From Pseudomonadota bacterium (GTDB taxonomy: Bacteria; Desulfobacterota; Desulfovibrionia; Desulfovibrionales; Desulfomicrobiaceae), in assembly GCA_018902545.1 (NCBI GenBank), contig JAHIQM010000004.1, positions 124,882 to 188,881 of the forward strand: a stretch of 64,000 bases of DNA. Reading direction: 5' to 3'. Below are positions 55,347-64,000 of the stretch, piece after piece. The notes below the pieces were generated by a model. The model did not search any database and was not told the origin of the DNA. It saw only the letters and a program-made list of their open reading frames with translations. The stretch's first letter is position 1. Each line of letters begins with the position of its first letter. The translations under genes and the position numbers were made by a program.

Positions 55347-58300
55347 CTAGACCTTCTGACCGCAAGACGGGCAGAATTTGAAGTCATCTCTGGTCACCGG
55401 GGCCGCACAGGTCGGGCATTTCCGGGGCGCGGGCACCAGTTCGACCAGCAATTCCCCTTCCTTGACCGGCACCATTTTCTTGTCTTCCTGGTAATCGGCA
55501 AACTTGAGCACGCGTTCGACCATGCCTTCCACCGGAGAAAGAATTGATTTCTCCTGCTTCATGATGGAGATGTTGAAAAGCTCCTCGCCTTTTTTCACCA
55601 TATCGCCGGGCTTGACGTGCACGACCCACAAGTCGCCACTGGACGGGGATCCAACATGATACGGGTTGCGGGCATCGGCCATTTCCACGCCGGAGTCGTC
55701 CTTGCCCGTGGCCTCGGCCACCTTGACCTGTACGGAAAAGGATTCTGAATCGAGGGAATAGGAGACAAGGCTCATGCCAAGATCATCCGGCCGCGAAATG
55801 TGCTGCATGGACAGGACATGATGCTTGCCCTGGCTGTCCTTGAACATAACCTCGTCTCCGGCCTTGAGGCCTTCGAACCAGACATGCAGAGGCAGGCGGT
55901 TGCAATCCCCGTATCTGCCCACGAACTTTATGGTGTTTAAAGCGTCACCGGGATGGTTCAGATACATGATTAGTTCCTCGTCCACGGGGGTGCGCCCGAT
56001 GTGCTCGGCCAGGCTCAGCTGCTCCTTGGCCACGTCCACGTCCAGAAGCGTCGTCAGCGGGGAAGACTCGGTGCGCCGTGAAATGGCGTCCCGGTATTCC
56101 GGGCCGAAAGCAGATTCATATACCCAATCTGGCGGAAAGCCCAGGGGCAAGCGTCCGAATTTGCCCAAGAGCAGGTCGCGGAAGGCGTCGTTGGCATCCT
56201 GGTAGATACTGAGGCGCTCGGCGCGGGTCTCTTCGGACAGCGTCTCTTCGGGCACAGTCACGACCTGATCGAGCACAGTCAACAGCCTGCGAACGCCGCG
56301 CCGCCCTCCACGTTTGTAGGCCCCGGTCACGGCCAGGAAAGCCGTGTTCCAAGTGATCTGCGAGCCTGGGGTCACGTCGTGATAGCGCACGAGCTTGCGG
56401 ATGCCGGCTAGAAACTTGAGCATGAAGGGCAAGAGGTGGATGTAGCCCTGCTTCATGGCCCCTTCCTGGGAAGAAGACGTCGCGCCACCGGGCATGCCAT
56501 GCTCGATGACGTCGTAGTCGATGCCCTGGAAATACGGCGCAGTATAGCGGTCGTAGTATGGCATGATCTGTTTGAGCACGAACCCGGTGGTGCGGATCAT
56601 GTCCTTGTTCAGATTGGTTTTGAGTCCCAGCTCTTCTATATAGGCCGCCGTGGAGAGGACTTCGCCCTGCCCGTACCAGCGCACAGCCGCGCCGATGGCC
56701 GTATCCACGATATGCGCTCCGGCCTTGGCCGCTGCAGCCACGGCGGGCACGAAAAGGCCATCGGTGTAATGGCGGTGCGAATGGATGACCAGTTCAGGAT
56801 AGGCTTTACGGATGGTCGAGACCACTTCGGTCATGAACACGGGCGGGCAGACTCCGGCCATATCCTTGAGGCCAAGAATGATGAGTCGTTCGGCCTTCTT
56901 CTTGGAGCAGCCCGCGACCTGGGCCGTCATGTCGATGATCTCCTGCACCGCGCCGAGGTAGTGCTGCACGTCGAAGCCCTTGGCAAAAGACATGGAGATG
57001 GCCGGTTCCCAGATGTTCTTCTTTGAGTTCAGGGCCACTTCGGCGAAGGGGCGCATGTTCTCGATGTGATTCAAAAAGTCGAAGCAGCGGATGACATCAT
57101 AGTGCTCGCAGATCATCTCGCCGGTGCGGCGCATGATGTTGCGCGGCTGCGGCTTGTAGCCGAGCACGTTGGTCGAGCGGATGAGAATCTGCTTTAAGGT
57201 CTTGGGGGCGAACTCGTTCCATTCCCGGGCCTCGGTGAACGGGTAGGTCATGTTGGCCAGCATGGCCACATGGAAATGCGCCCCGCCGCCATTCTCCAGA
57301 GAGAAGAACCCGCAGTTGTCCAGATACGGCCCGATGATGCGGTCCTCGGCCAGACGGAAGCGGTTGCCGGAGTTGGACTGGGTAATGTCGCGCGTGGTGG
57401 TGTCCGAAAAATGGACGTGATCGGAGTCGCGGATGTAGGACAAAATGGCGTCCCGATCGCCGCGCGGGTATGGGTATTCGTAATACTCGGGCTCGATGCC
57501 CGGCAGGGACGGCTTGAAGGCGTCCATGCGCTTGCCTTCCCGGGTGCGGTACTCACCAAGCTTCACGTGCGGGTTGTACCCGTGGGCCGAAATCTCGGCC
57601 ACCAGCCGCGAGAGGCGCACGGCCTCGGACTCCTTGTCCATGTAGATCATGAGTTCCGGCGCGCTGGACACGAACTTGGTGTCATAGTCCCCGGCGCGGA
57701 AGCGGGGGTGGGCGATGATCTGACGGTGGAACTGGATGGTGGTCTTGATCCCGCCGATGATGTACTCGCCCAGGGCCCGCTCCATGATACCCAGCACCTT
57801 GTTCCACTGCGGCCCGTAGGCGATGAGCAGGGCGGCGGCGGAATCGTACTGGGACGGAAAGTCGTAACCGCCGCACACGCACGAGTCCACGCGCACCCCG
57901 GGACCGCCCGGAGACATGTAGCGGGTAAGGCGCCCGGCATTGGGCGAGAAGTCGTTCTGCGGATCCTCGCAATTGATACGGACCTGGATGGCATGGCTCT
58001 TTGGCGTGCAGTTGGCGTCGGTCAGGCGCAGCTTGGCCCCGAAGGCCACGGCGATCTGCTCCTCGACAAGGTCGATTCCGTAGCGGCACTCGGTGATGCC
58101 GTGCTCGACCTGCAAGCGGGTGTTGACCTCGATGAGATAGGCGCGACCCGTAGCGTCAACCAGAAACTCCACCGTGCACAGGGAGTAGTAGTCCACTGCA
58201 CGGACCAGCTGGCGGGAATACTCCTTGAGCTGTTCGCGCAGTTCCTCGGTCATGCCCTGCCAGGGCGACGGAGTGATCTCCACCAGCTTCTGGTGGTTGC

Positions 58301-59039
58301 GTTGTACCGTGCAATCGCGCTCGTCAAAGGCAAATACATTGCCGTACTTGTCGGCGACGACCTGGATCTCGATGTGCCGGATGCCGGTCAGCAGCCGCTC
58401 CACATACAGGCGCGGATTGCCGAAGGAAGCCTGGGCCAGGGTCGAGGCCTTGACAAAGGCGTCGGCCAGCTGATCCTCGCTGAAAACTTCGTAGATTCCC
58501 CGACCCCCACCGCCGCCCTCGGCCTTGAGCATGACCGGTAGTCCGATCTGGTTGGCCACAGTCTTGGCCTCCTCCACGGAGACCGCCCCTTCGGAGCCCG
58601 GCACAACGGGAATTCCGAGCTTCTGCGCCAGAGCGCGGACCTGCACCTTGTTGCCCAGCAGACGCATGGCCTCGGAGGTAGGTCCGATGAAAAGGATGCC
58701 GGCGGCGGCGCATTTGGACGGAAAGGAATCGTCCTCGGAGGCAAAGCCCCAGCCGGGGTGGATGGCCGCCACGCCCCTGGCCTTGGCCATGGAGATGATC
58801 TTGTCGATGTCCAGATAGGCACGGGAGTTCTCGCCGAGATGCAGAAGTTCCTGAGCGCCGGAGGTGAAGGGAGCTGTTTTGTCCACATCCGTCGCCGTGA
58901 TCATGGGTATGGCCTGGAAAACTTCCTTGATGGAGCGGACGATTCTGCGTGCGGGGATACCGCGATTGGCCACAAGAATCTTTTTGCCTCGGATCTCCCG
59001 GGCCACTTCTTCAAAACTGCGGGGAATTTGTGAACTCAT
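55347..59039 (-). CDS. pyc: Pyruvate carboxylase (single chain BC-CT-BCCP)
   Basis: LVANRG, HPGWGF, GGGGRG, QRNHQKLVE, EVNTRLQVEH, DTTTRD, LKDMAG; biotinyl lysine in SIMKQE. Confidence 0.93.
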   Translation of the reverse strand: MSSQIPRSFEEVAREIRGKKILVANRGIPARRIVRSIKEVFQAIPMITATDVDKTAPFTSGAQELLHLGENSRAYLDIDKIISMAKARGVAAIHPGWGFASEDDSFPSKCAAAGILFIGPTSEAMRLLGNKVQVRALAQKLGIPVVPGSEGAVSVEEAKTVANQIGLPVMLKAEGGGGGRGIYEVFSEDQLADAFVKASTLAQASFGNPRLYVERLLTGIRHIEIQVVADKYGNVFAFDERDCTVQRNHQKLVEITPSPWQGMTEELREQLKEYSRQLVRAVDYYSLCTVEFLVDATGRAYLIEVNTRLQVEHGITECRYGIDLVEEQIAVAFGAKLRLTDANCTPKSHAIQVRINCEDPQNDFSPNAGRLTRYMSPGGPGVRVDSCVCGGYDFPSQYDSAAALLIAYGPQWNKVLGIMERALGEYIIGGIKTTIQFHRQIIAHPRFRAGDYDTKFVSSAPELMIYMDKESEAVRLSRLVAEISAHGYNPHVKLGEYRTREGKRMDAFKPSLPGIEPEYYEYPYPRGDRDAILSYIRDSDHVHFSDTTTRDITQSNSGNRFRLAEDRIIGPYLDNCGFFSLENGGGAHFHVAMLANMTYPFTEAREWNEFAPKTLKQILIRSTNVLGYKPQPRNIMRRTGEMICEHYDVIRCFDFLNHIENMRPFAEVALNSKKNIWEPAISMSFAKGFDVQHYLGAVQEIIDMTAQVAGCSKKKAERLIILGLKDMAGVCPPVFMTEVVSTIRKAYPELVIHSHRHYTDGLFVPAVAAAAKAGAHIVDTAIGAAVRWYGQGEVLSTAAYIEELGLKTNLNKDMIRTTGFVLKQIMPYYDRYTAPYFQGIDYDVIEHGMPGGATSSSQEGAMKQGYIHLLPFMLKFLAGIRKLVRYHDVTPGSQITWNTAFLAVTGAYKRGGRRGVRRLLTVLDQVVTVPEETLSEETRAERLSIYQDANDAFRDLLLGKFGRLPLGFPPDWVYESAFGPEYRDAISRRTESSPLTTLLDVDVAKEQLSLAEHIGRTPVDEELIMYLNHPGDALNTIKFVGRYGDCNRLPLHVWFEGLKAGDEVMFKDSQGKHHVLSMQHISRPDDLGMSLVSYSLDSESFSVQVKVAEATGKDDSGVEMADARNPYHVGSPSSGDLWVVHVKPGDMVKKGEELFNISIMKQEKSILSPVEGMVERVLKFADYQEDKKMVPVKEGELLVELVPAPRKCPTCAAPVTRDDFKFCPSCGQKV

Positions 59040-59056
59040 ATATATCTCCGTGCCTG

Positions 59057-59905
59057 TTATATTTGACCTTCCAACCACCCCTCAAGGCGCAGCGAACCGG
59101 AGTGCAGGATCTTTCTTTCACCATCGGCGAGAAGGACTACACCGCCATCCGGACCTATCCCCGCATGTGCTCCACAAACCGATGATCGATTGTCGTCAAC
59201 GCACACCAGGGCCCCGAAATAGGCTAGAACTGTTTCAACTGACTGGGAAAACACCAGCGGGGTCGAGTCAGAAAGTTCAGCACTGTAACGAAGCCGACCA
59301 AAATTCACAAGACGCAACCACAGACCAAAAATGGACATTCCGCGCAGAAGCGTCCCCAGGCTTGTCGCGACGCAGGCGCGGTCGTGGCGCAGCTCCGCAT
59401 CGGCGGGGCATGAGGCGACATTGAGCCCAATTCCGGCCAGCAGCACATCCCCGCGCTCCTCGATGAGGATTCCGCCCATCTTGCGACCGTGAAGCAGAAT
59501 ATCGTTCGGCCATTTGAGCTTCACCGGCACGCCGAGTTCGCCAAGCCCCACGCACAGGGCCCAGCCGACCAGAACGGGTAGCATGCCTTGCCACGGACCG
59601 GGGGGCATGGGCAACCGCCAGGCCGCGAACAGATTGCCGGACTCAGAAACCCAGGTCCGCCGCATCTGCCCCCGGCCCGCCCACTGCCGGGTGACCAGGA
59701 CCGAATCCCAGGGGTCAAGGGCGCCCTGCCCGGCCAGATGCATGGCCACATCCAGGGCCGACGAGCATGGCCCGCAAAGATAGACGCGCTCGTCCGGCGT
59801 GGCCGCCCCGGGTTCGCCCGCGCCCAGGATGACCGAAGCGTCTTCGTTGGCCGGAGAAAATGCGTCCGTGACGCCGGAAATCTTGGGAGTCCAGAGAATG
59901 GGCAT
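59057..59905 (-). CDS. birA: Biotin-protein ligase
   Basis: QWAGRGQMRRTW, LKWPNDI, KMGGILIE, AGIGLNV; adjacent to pyc. Confidence 0.92.
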   Translation of the reverse strand: MPILWTPKISGVTDAFSPANEDASVILGAGEPGAATPDERVYLCGPCSSALDVAMHLAGQGALDPWDSVLVTRQWAGRGQMRRTWVSESGNLFAAWRLPMPPGPWQGMLPVLVGWALCVGLGELGVPVKLKWPNDILLHGRKMGGILIEERGDVLLAGIGLNVASCPADAELRHDRACVATSLGTLLRGMSIFGLWLRLVNFGRLRYSAELSDSTPLVFSQSVETVLAYFGALVCVDDNRSSVCGAHAGIGPDGGVVLLADGERKILHSGSLRLEGWLEGQI

Positions 59906-59929
59906 GGGATGGTTACCGTTCAGACGTGA

Positions 59930-61201
59930 TCAGGACTTGCCCTGTTTCTTCTGCATGAGCAGGCGCTTGAGTTCGGACTTGTCGCCCGCACGGTACACCT
60001 GCGCGGATTGGGAACGAACTGGCGCGGGACGGGGCGCGGCAGGCCGCGGCGCTTCCGTCCGGGCCTGTTCAGCAGGAGCGACGACGGCGGGCTGCGGTTC
60101 AACCGGAGGCGCAGACGGGATCGACGGCGCTGGGGCGGGACGCGGAGGGAGCCCTGGCGACGCTGGCGCGGCGGGGGCGGTACGAGCCGGGACCAGGGGC
60201 GCGGCCGGGGGCGCAGGCGCTGCGACCTGCCGGGGCTGAACTGCCGGAGCGGCCACCGGTGCGGGCCGGGGTGCAGGCAGCGAGGGCCGGGCAGCGGCCG
60301 GTACGGACGCGGGAGCAGGGGTCTGCGCGTACGTGAACCCTGTAGGCGTCATGGGGGTGGCCCCGGCTACGGGCTGATAAAAGAGGGAGCGCATGTAGCG
60401 TTTCGGTTCGAACATGCCCGTCACGCCGGTCAGGGATTCGGTGGAACCGATGATCAGGGACCCGTCGGGCTCAAGCACAGTGGCGATTTTCTCGAAAACG
60501 GCCTTTTTGTCCGCAGGGGTGAAATATATTGCCACGTTGCGACAAAAAACGATGTCGAACCTGCCCATCCCGGCAAAAGGCTTCATCAGGTTGAATTTCT
60601 TGAAGACCGCCATGGCGCGGATCTCGTCCTTGATCTTCCATCCATCGCCCATGAGCGTGAAGTACTTGTTCAGCGTCTGCGGGGCCAGGCCGCGCTCGAT
60701 TTCGAATTTGTTGTATTTCCCGTAACTTGCCTTGGTCACGGCGTCATCGGAGATGTCCGTGCCAAGGATCGAGATCTGAAAATTATTCAGATTGCCCAAG
60801 GTCTCGCGCAGGGCGATGGCGATGCTGTAAACCTCCTGCCCGGTGGAACAGGCCGCGCTCCAGATGCGCAAGGGCACGGTGCGACCGGGGGACGCTTTGG
60901 AGCGCGCGTCAATGAGGTCCGGCAGGATCTTGTGCTTGAAGACTTCAAAGGGCGAAGTATCGCGGAAAAAGAGGGTCTCGTTGGTGGTGATGGCGTTGAC
61001 GATCTCTTTTTCCATGTTGCCGCTGCGGTCGGATTTGGCCTTGGCGTGCAGATCCATGTAGGAGGAGCACGCGTACTGCTGCATCATGGACCTGAGCCGG
61101 GTCTCGATGAGGTAGGTCTTGGTCGAGTCCAGGGCCACGCCACACAGGGCATAGATGTACTTGGAGAAGACGCTGAATTCGTCTGCGGTGATGGTCGTCA
61201 T
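59930..61201 (-). CDS. cheR: Chemotaxis methyltransferase CheR with long Pro/Ala-rich C-terminal tail
   Basis: TTNETLFFRD, WSAACSTGQEVYS, GTDIS, FDIVFCRNVAIYF. Confidence 0.93.
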   Translation of the reverse strand: MTTITADEFSVFSKYIYALCGVALDSTKTYLIETRLRSMMQQYACSSYMDLHAKAKSDRSGNMEKEIVNAITTNETLFFRDTSPFEVFKHKILPDLIDARSKASPGRTVPLRIWSAACSTGQEVYSIAIALRETLGNLNNFQISILGTDISDDAVTKASYGKYNKFEIERGLAPQTLNKYFTLMGDGWKIKDEIRAMAVFKKFNLMKPFAGMGRFDIVFCRNVAIYFTPADKKAVFEKIATVLEPDGSLIIGSTESLTGVTGMFEPKRYMRSLFYQPVAGATPMTPTGFTYAQTPAPASVPAAARPSLPAPRPAPVAAPAVQPRQVAAPAPPAAPLVPARTAPAAPASPGLPPRPAPAPSIPSAPPVEPQPAVVAPAEQARTEAPRPAAPRPAPVRSQSAQVYRAGDKSELKRLLMQKKQGKS

Positions 61202-61229
61202 TTTGCCGCCACTGTTGCGGTTGGCACAG

Positions 61230-62303
61230 CTAACGCACCGTGCGGATGATCTCGGAGGCGATCATCTGCAGGGGCGAGACCACATCCACGACACCGGCCT
61301 CGACGGCCATTTTGGGCATGCCGTAAACCACGCAGGATTCCTCGTCCTGGCCGATGGTCACGGCTCCAAAGCTTTTCAGCACCTTGAGGCCCAGGGTCCC
61401 GTCCCCGCCCATGCCGGTCATGATCACGCCGGTGGACAGGGCTCCGTATTCGCGGGCCACGGAGCGAAACATGTAGTCCACCGCCGGTTTGCAGTTATTC
61501 TCGGGCGGATCGTCGGTGACCTGAATGATCTTGGCTCCGCCAGTGCCCGAAGCCACGCGCATGTGCTTGGCGCCCGGGGCGATATAGATGACGTCGGGGC
61601 GCACGATCTCATTGTTCTCGGCCTCACGGACCTCGTACTGACACTTGGCGTCCAGGCTCTCGGCCAGGGATTTGGTGAAAACGGGCGGCATGTGCTGAAC
61701 CACGAATATGGGCACGCCGAGTTTGGGAAGCTGCGGCAGCATCTTGGTCAGGGCATTGGGTCCGCCGGTGGAGATGCCGATGGCCACCGCTTTGGACTTG
61801 CCCATGCGCCTGGACGAAGCCAGCACAGCGGGCGCCGCCGGGGCGGGAGCGGGAGCGCCCACGGGTCGCGGCCGCTGCTTGAGAAGAGCTCGAAGCTCCA
61901 TCCGCTTGGCGTAAACCTTGATCCTCGGACCCAGAGCGCTGCGAAGCAACTGCACGTTTTCCTGCATGACCTGGGCGTCGGGCTTGGTGATAAAATCAAA
62001 GGCACCGAGCTCCAGGGCGCGCATGGTGATTTCGCTGCCGCGCTTGGTCAGGGTGGAGAGCATGATCACGCCCACATCCGGATACGTTTTCTGGATCTCT
62101 TCCAGAGTTTCCAGTCCGTTCATGATCGGCATTTCCACATCAAGGGTAATGAGGTCCGGCTTGAGGGACGCGATGCGGGTCAATGCGATCTTACCGTTGT
62201 TCGCGGTGCCGACCACTTCAACCCCGGGCATCTCGGCGAGAATATCGCCGACCACCTTGCGATACATGATGGTATCGTCCACAACCAGAACACGCAGATT
62301 CAT
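61230..62303 (-). CDS. cheB: Chemotaxis methylesterase/response regulator CheB
   Basis: VVDD, LDVEMP, GISTGGP, VQHMP, KPAVD, MTGMGGDG. Confidence 0.95.
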   Translation of the reverse strand: MNLRVLVVDDTIMYRKVVGDILAEMPGVEVVGTANNGKIALTRIASLKPDLITLDVEMPIMNGLETLEEIQKTYPDVGVIMLSTLTKRGSEITMRALELGAFDFITKPDAQVMQENVQLLRSALGPRIKVYAKRMELRALLKQRPRPVGAPAPAPAAPAVLASSRRMGKSKAVAIGISTGGPNALTKMLPQLPKLGVPIFVVQHMPPVFTKSLAESLDAKCQYEVREAENNEIVRPDVIYIAPGAKHMRVASGTGGAKIIQVTDDPPENNCKPAVDYMFRSVAREYGALSTGVIMTGMGGDGTLGLKVLKSFGAVTIGQDEESCVVYGMPKMAVEAGVVDVVSPLQMIASEIIRTVR

Positions 62304-62323
62304 CCGGACTCCTAGAGATATGA

Positions 62324-62773
62324 TTAATCGTCGGCCAGCACTTCGCCGACATCCAGCACGGCAATGAGATCCTTGGAGGACTTGAGCACTCCCTGGAAAT
62401 ACTTGCCTTTCAAACCTTTGATGTTGGAAGGGGTCGGCTCCACCGCTTCCCATTTGGAAGTGACCACGTCGGTGATGCGGTCCACCAGCAACCCGATGTT
62501 TTCGTCACGGGAATTAACGATGATGATGCGGCTGGTTTCCGTGGTCTTCGACGGCGCGAGACCCAGCTTGCGCCCCAAGTCGATGATGGTCACGATGCGT
62601 CCGCGCAGGTTCATGATGCCCAGCACATAGGCCGGTGCCTGCGGCACTTTGGTCATCTCCATCTGCCTGTTCATCTCCTGGATGAGATTGATGTCAATCC
62701 CACACAGGGCCGAACCCACATAAAAGCAGGATAGCTGCAAGGCACCCGTCTTCTCTTTGACCTGCTGTTTCAT
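62324..62773 (-). CDS. cheW: Chemotaxis coupling protein CheW
   Basis: TKVPQAPAYVLGIMNLRGRIVTIIDL, GLLVDRI. Confidence 0.94.
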   Translation of the reverse strand: MKQQVKEKTGALQLSCFYVGSALCGIDINLIQEMNRQMEMTKVPQAPAYVLGIMNLRGRIVTIIDLGRKLGLAPSKTTETSRIIIVNSRDENIGLLVDRITDVVTSKWEAVEPTPSNIKGLKGKYFQGVLKSSKDLIAVLDVGEVLADD

Positions 62774-62875
62774 GCACTTCTCCTTGAAAGAGCTCTAGGC
62801 ATCACTCATACACCGCACATTTTTCTCGAAGCCGCAAAGCGTCCGGGATTTTCCTCTGCGCCAGCGCCCCGATCA

Positions 62876-64000
62876 TCAGGAGGCGTACCGCTTCAACCAA
62901 TCGTAGATGGACTGCAGGAGCCGCTCCTTGTCCAGTTTGACCTGATAGTCGTCGATGCCCGCAGCTTTGCCGCGCGCAACGTCCTCATCACCGGCCAGGG
63001 AGGTCAGGGCGATGATGGGTACAAGGGAAAAGCGCTGGTCCTGCCGGATGCGCCGGGACAATTCGAACCCGTCCATGTTCGGCATCTCGATGTCGGTAAC
63101 CACGAGATCGTAGCGGCCGGGATCGGCGTTAAGCATGTTCCAGGCCACCACCCCGTCCTCGGCTACATCGATGGAATAGCCGTCATCCTCGATGAACTTT
63201 TTGACCTGGTTGCGGAAAAAGTCCGAATCCTCGACCAGCAGCAGGTGCGGAACGCCCACCTCACCTGCGTCATCCGCGATCTCGATGCTCCCGCGCACGG
63301 CGAACCAATCGGGCTGAACGGACTGGATGAGCTCATAGATATCGACGATGAGCGTCGTGTTATCGCCGATGACCGCCGAGCCGCTGATTCCGGGCTGCTT
63401 GAGGGTGAAGCTGTCGATGGCCACCTGCGCCTCGATGGCGTCCACCGGAGGCTTGGCCAGAAGCCCGATTTCATGACCGGCCATGAGGAAGACGATGACG
63501 ATGACCTCACCGGAAACATCCAGCATATTGACGTTGGTCGCCTGATCCAGGGAGAAGACGGGCAAAGTCCCGCCCCGGTACTTGATGACCCGGCGGCCGC
63601 CGACCTCCTCGATTTCCGCCGCGTCAATGAGCTCCACCCGGGCCACAAGGTCGAGAGGCACGGCGCAGTATTCCTGCGGGGTGTTGCGGAAAACGAAAAG
63701 GGAGAGCTTGTCCTGACCGCTGCCGGCCTCGGCTTCCTTGGTCACCTGTTGCTTCTCGCGGGCAATGCTCAGGCTCAGGTCGCCCAGGCGGCCAAGACCG
63801 GCAACGTCGAGAATGAGCGCCACGTGGCCGTCGCCCATGATGGTCGCGCCCGCATAACCTTGACAGTCCTTGAAATGCCGCCCCAGGGGCTTGACCACGA
63901 TTTCCACCGAGTCGTGCAGCTGATCGACCACCAGACCGTAACGGAACTGTCCGGCCGAAACCACCACGAGGTTGACGTCGGCCAGGGTACACCCGGCCTC
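62876..64000 (-). CDS. cheA: Hybrid CheA C-terminal part (CheW-like domains plus receiver); gene begins beyond the window
   Basis: Open to the window edge; IVVKPLG, GATIMGDGHVALILD, VEDS, TDIEMP; heads cheW-cheB-cheR. Confidence 0.9.
   Translation of the reverse strand, partial: EAGCTLADVNLVVVSAGQFRYGLVVDQLHDSVEIVVKPLGRHFKDCQGYAGATIMGDGHVALILDVAGLGRLGDLSLSIAREKQQVTKEAEAGSGQDKLSLFVFRNTPQEYCAVPLDLVARVELIDAAEIEEVGGRRVIKYRGGTLPVFSLDQATNVNMLDVSGEVIVIVFLMAGHEIGLLAKPPVDAIEAQVAIDSFTLKQPGISGSAVIGDNTTLIVDIYELIQSVQPDWFAVRGSIEIADDAGEVGVPHLLLVEDSDFFRNQVKKFIEDDGYSIDVAEDGVVAWNMLNADPGRYDLVVTDIEMPNMDGFELSRRIRQDQRFSLVPIIALTSLAGDEDVARGKAAGIDDYQVKLDKERLLQSIYDWLKRYAS

Overview
GC-rich bacterial chromosome segment. 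Gene content and order (pgk-tpiA-secG-tRNA-Leu, birA-pyc-ppsA, cheA-cheW-cheB-cheR, glpX) suggest a sulfate-reducing deltaproteobacterium of the Desulfovibrionales, Desulfomicrobium-like; this is inference, not a database result. The right third (46.4-64 kb) is ordinary core genome. About 2-46.4 kb is a mosaic accessory region ending at the 3' end of a tRNA-Leu(GAG), with AT-rich patches, transposase/resolvase debris and several internal direct repeats. It contains: (i) two paralogous Mn2+-type yybP-ykoY riboswitch loci with duplicated Ca2+/Na+ antiporter and CorC/HlyC genes; (ii) an Fe3+ ABC transporter; (iii) a c-di-AMP (ydaO/yuaA) riboswitch with a readable expression platform and a 49-codon leader ORF, upstream of a 13-gene complex I-like operon that lacks NuoEFG and has four antiporter-like subunits; (iv) a corrinoid protein / MtaA-UroD-like enzyme / DUF1638-like-GAF hybrid histidine kinase operon bracketed by an 81-bp perfect direct repeat; (v) a MucR/Ros regulator and a Fic protein. 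The best candidates for undescribed biology are (iii) and (iv). An unassigned ~175-nt rod-like RNA candidate lies at 424-597. All assignments come from motif recognition by eye plus the supplied ORF track; no searches were run. Start codons were adjusted where an RBS or family N-terminus pointed to a later start.
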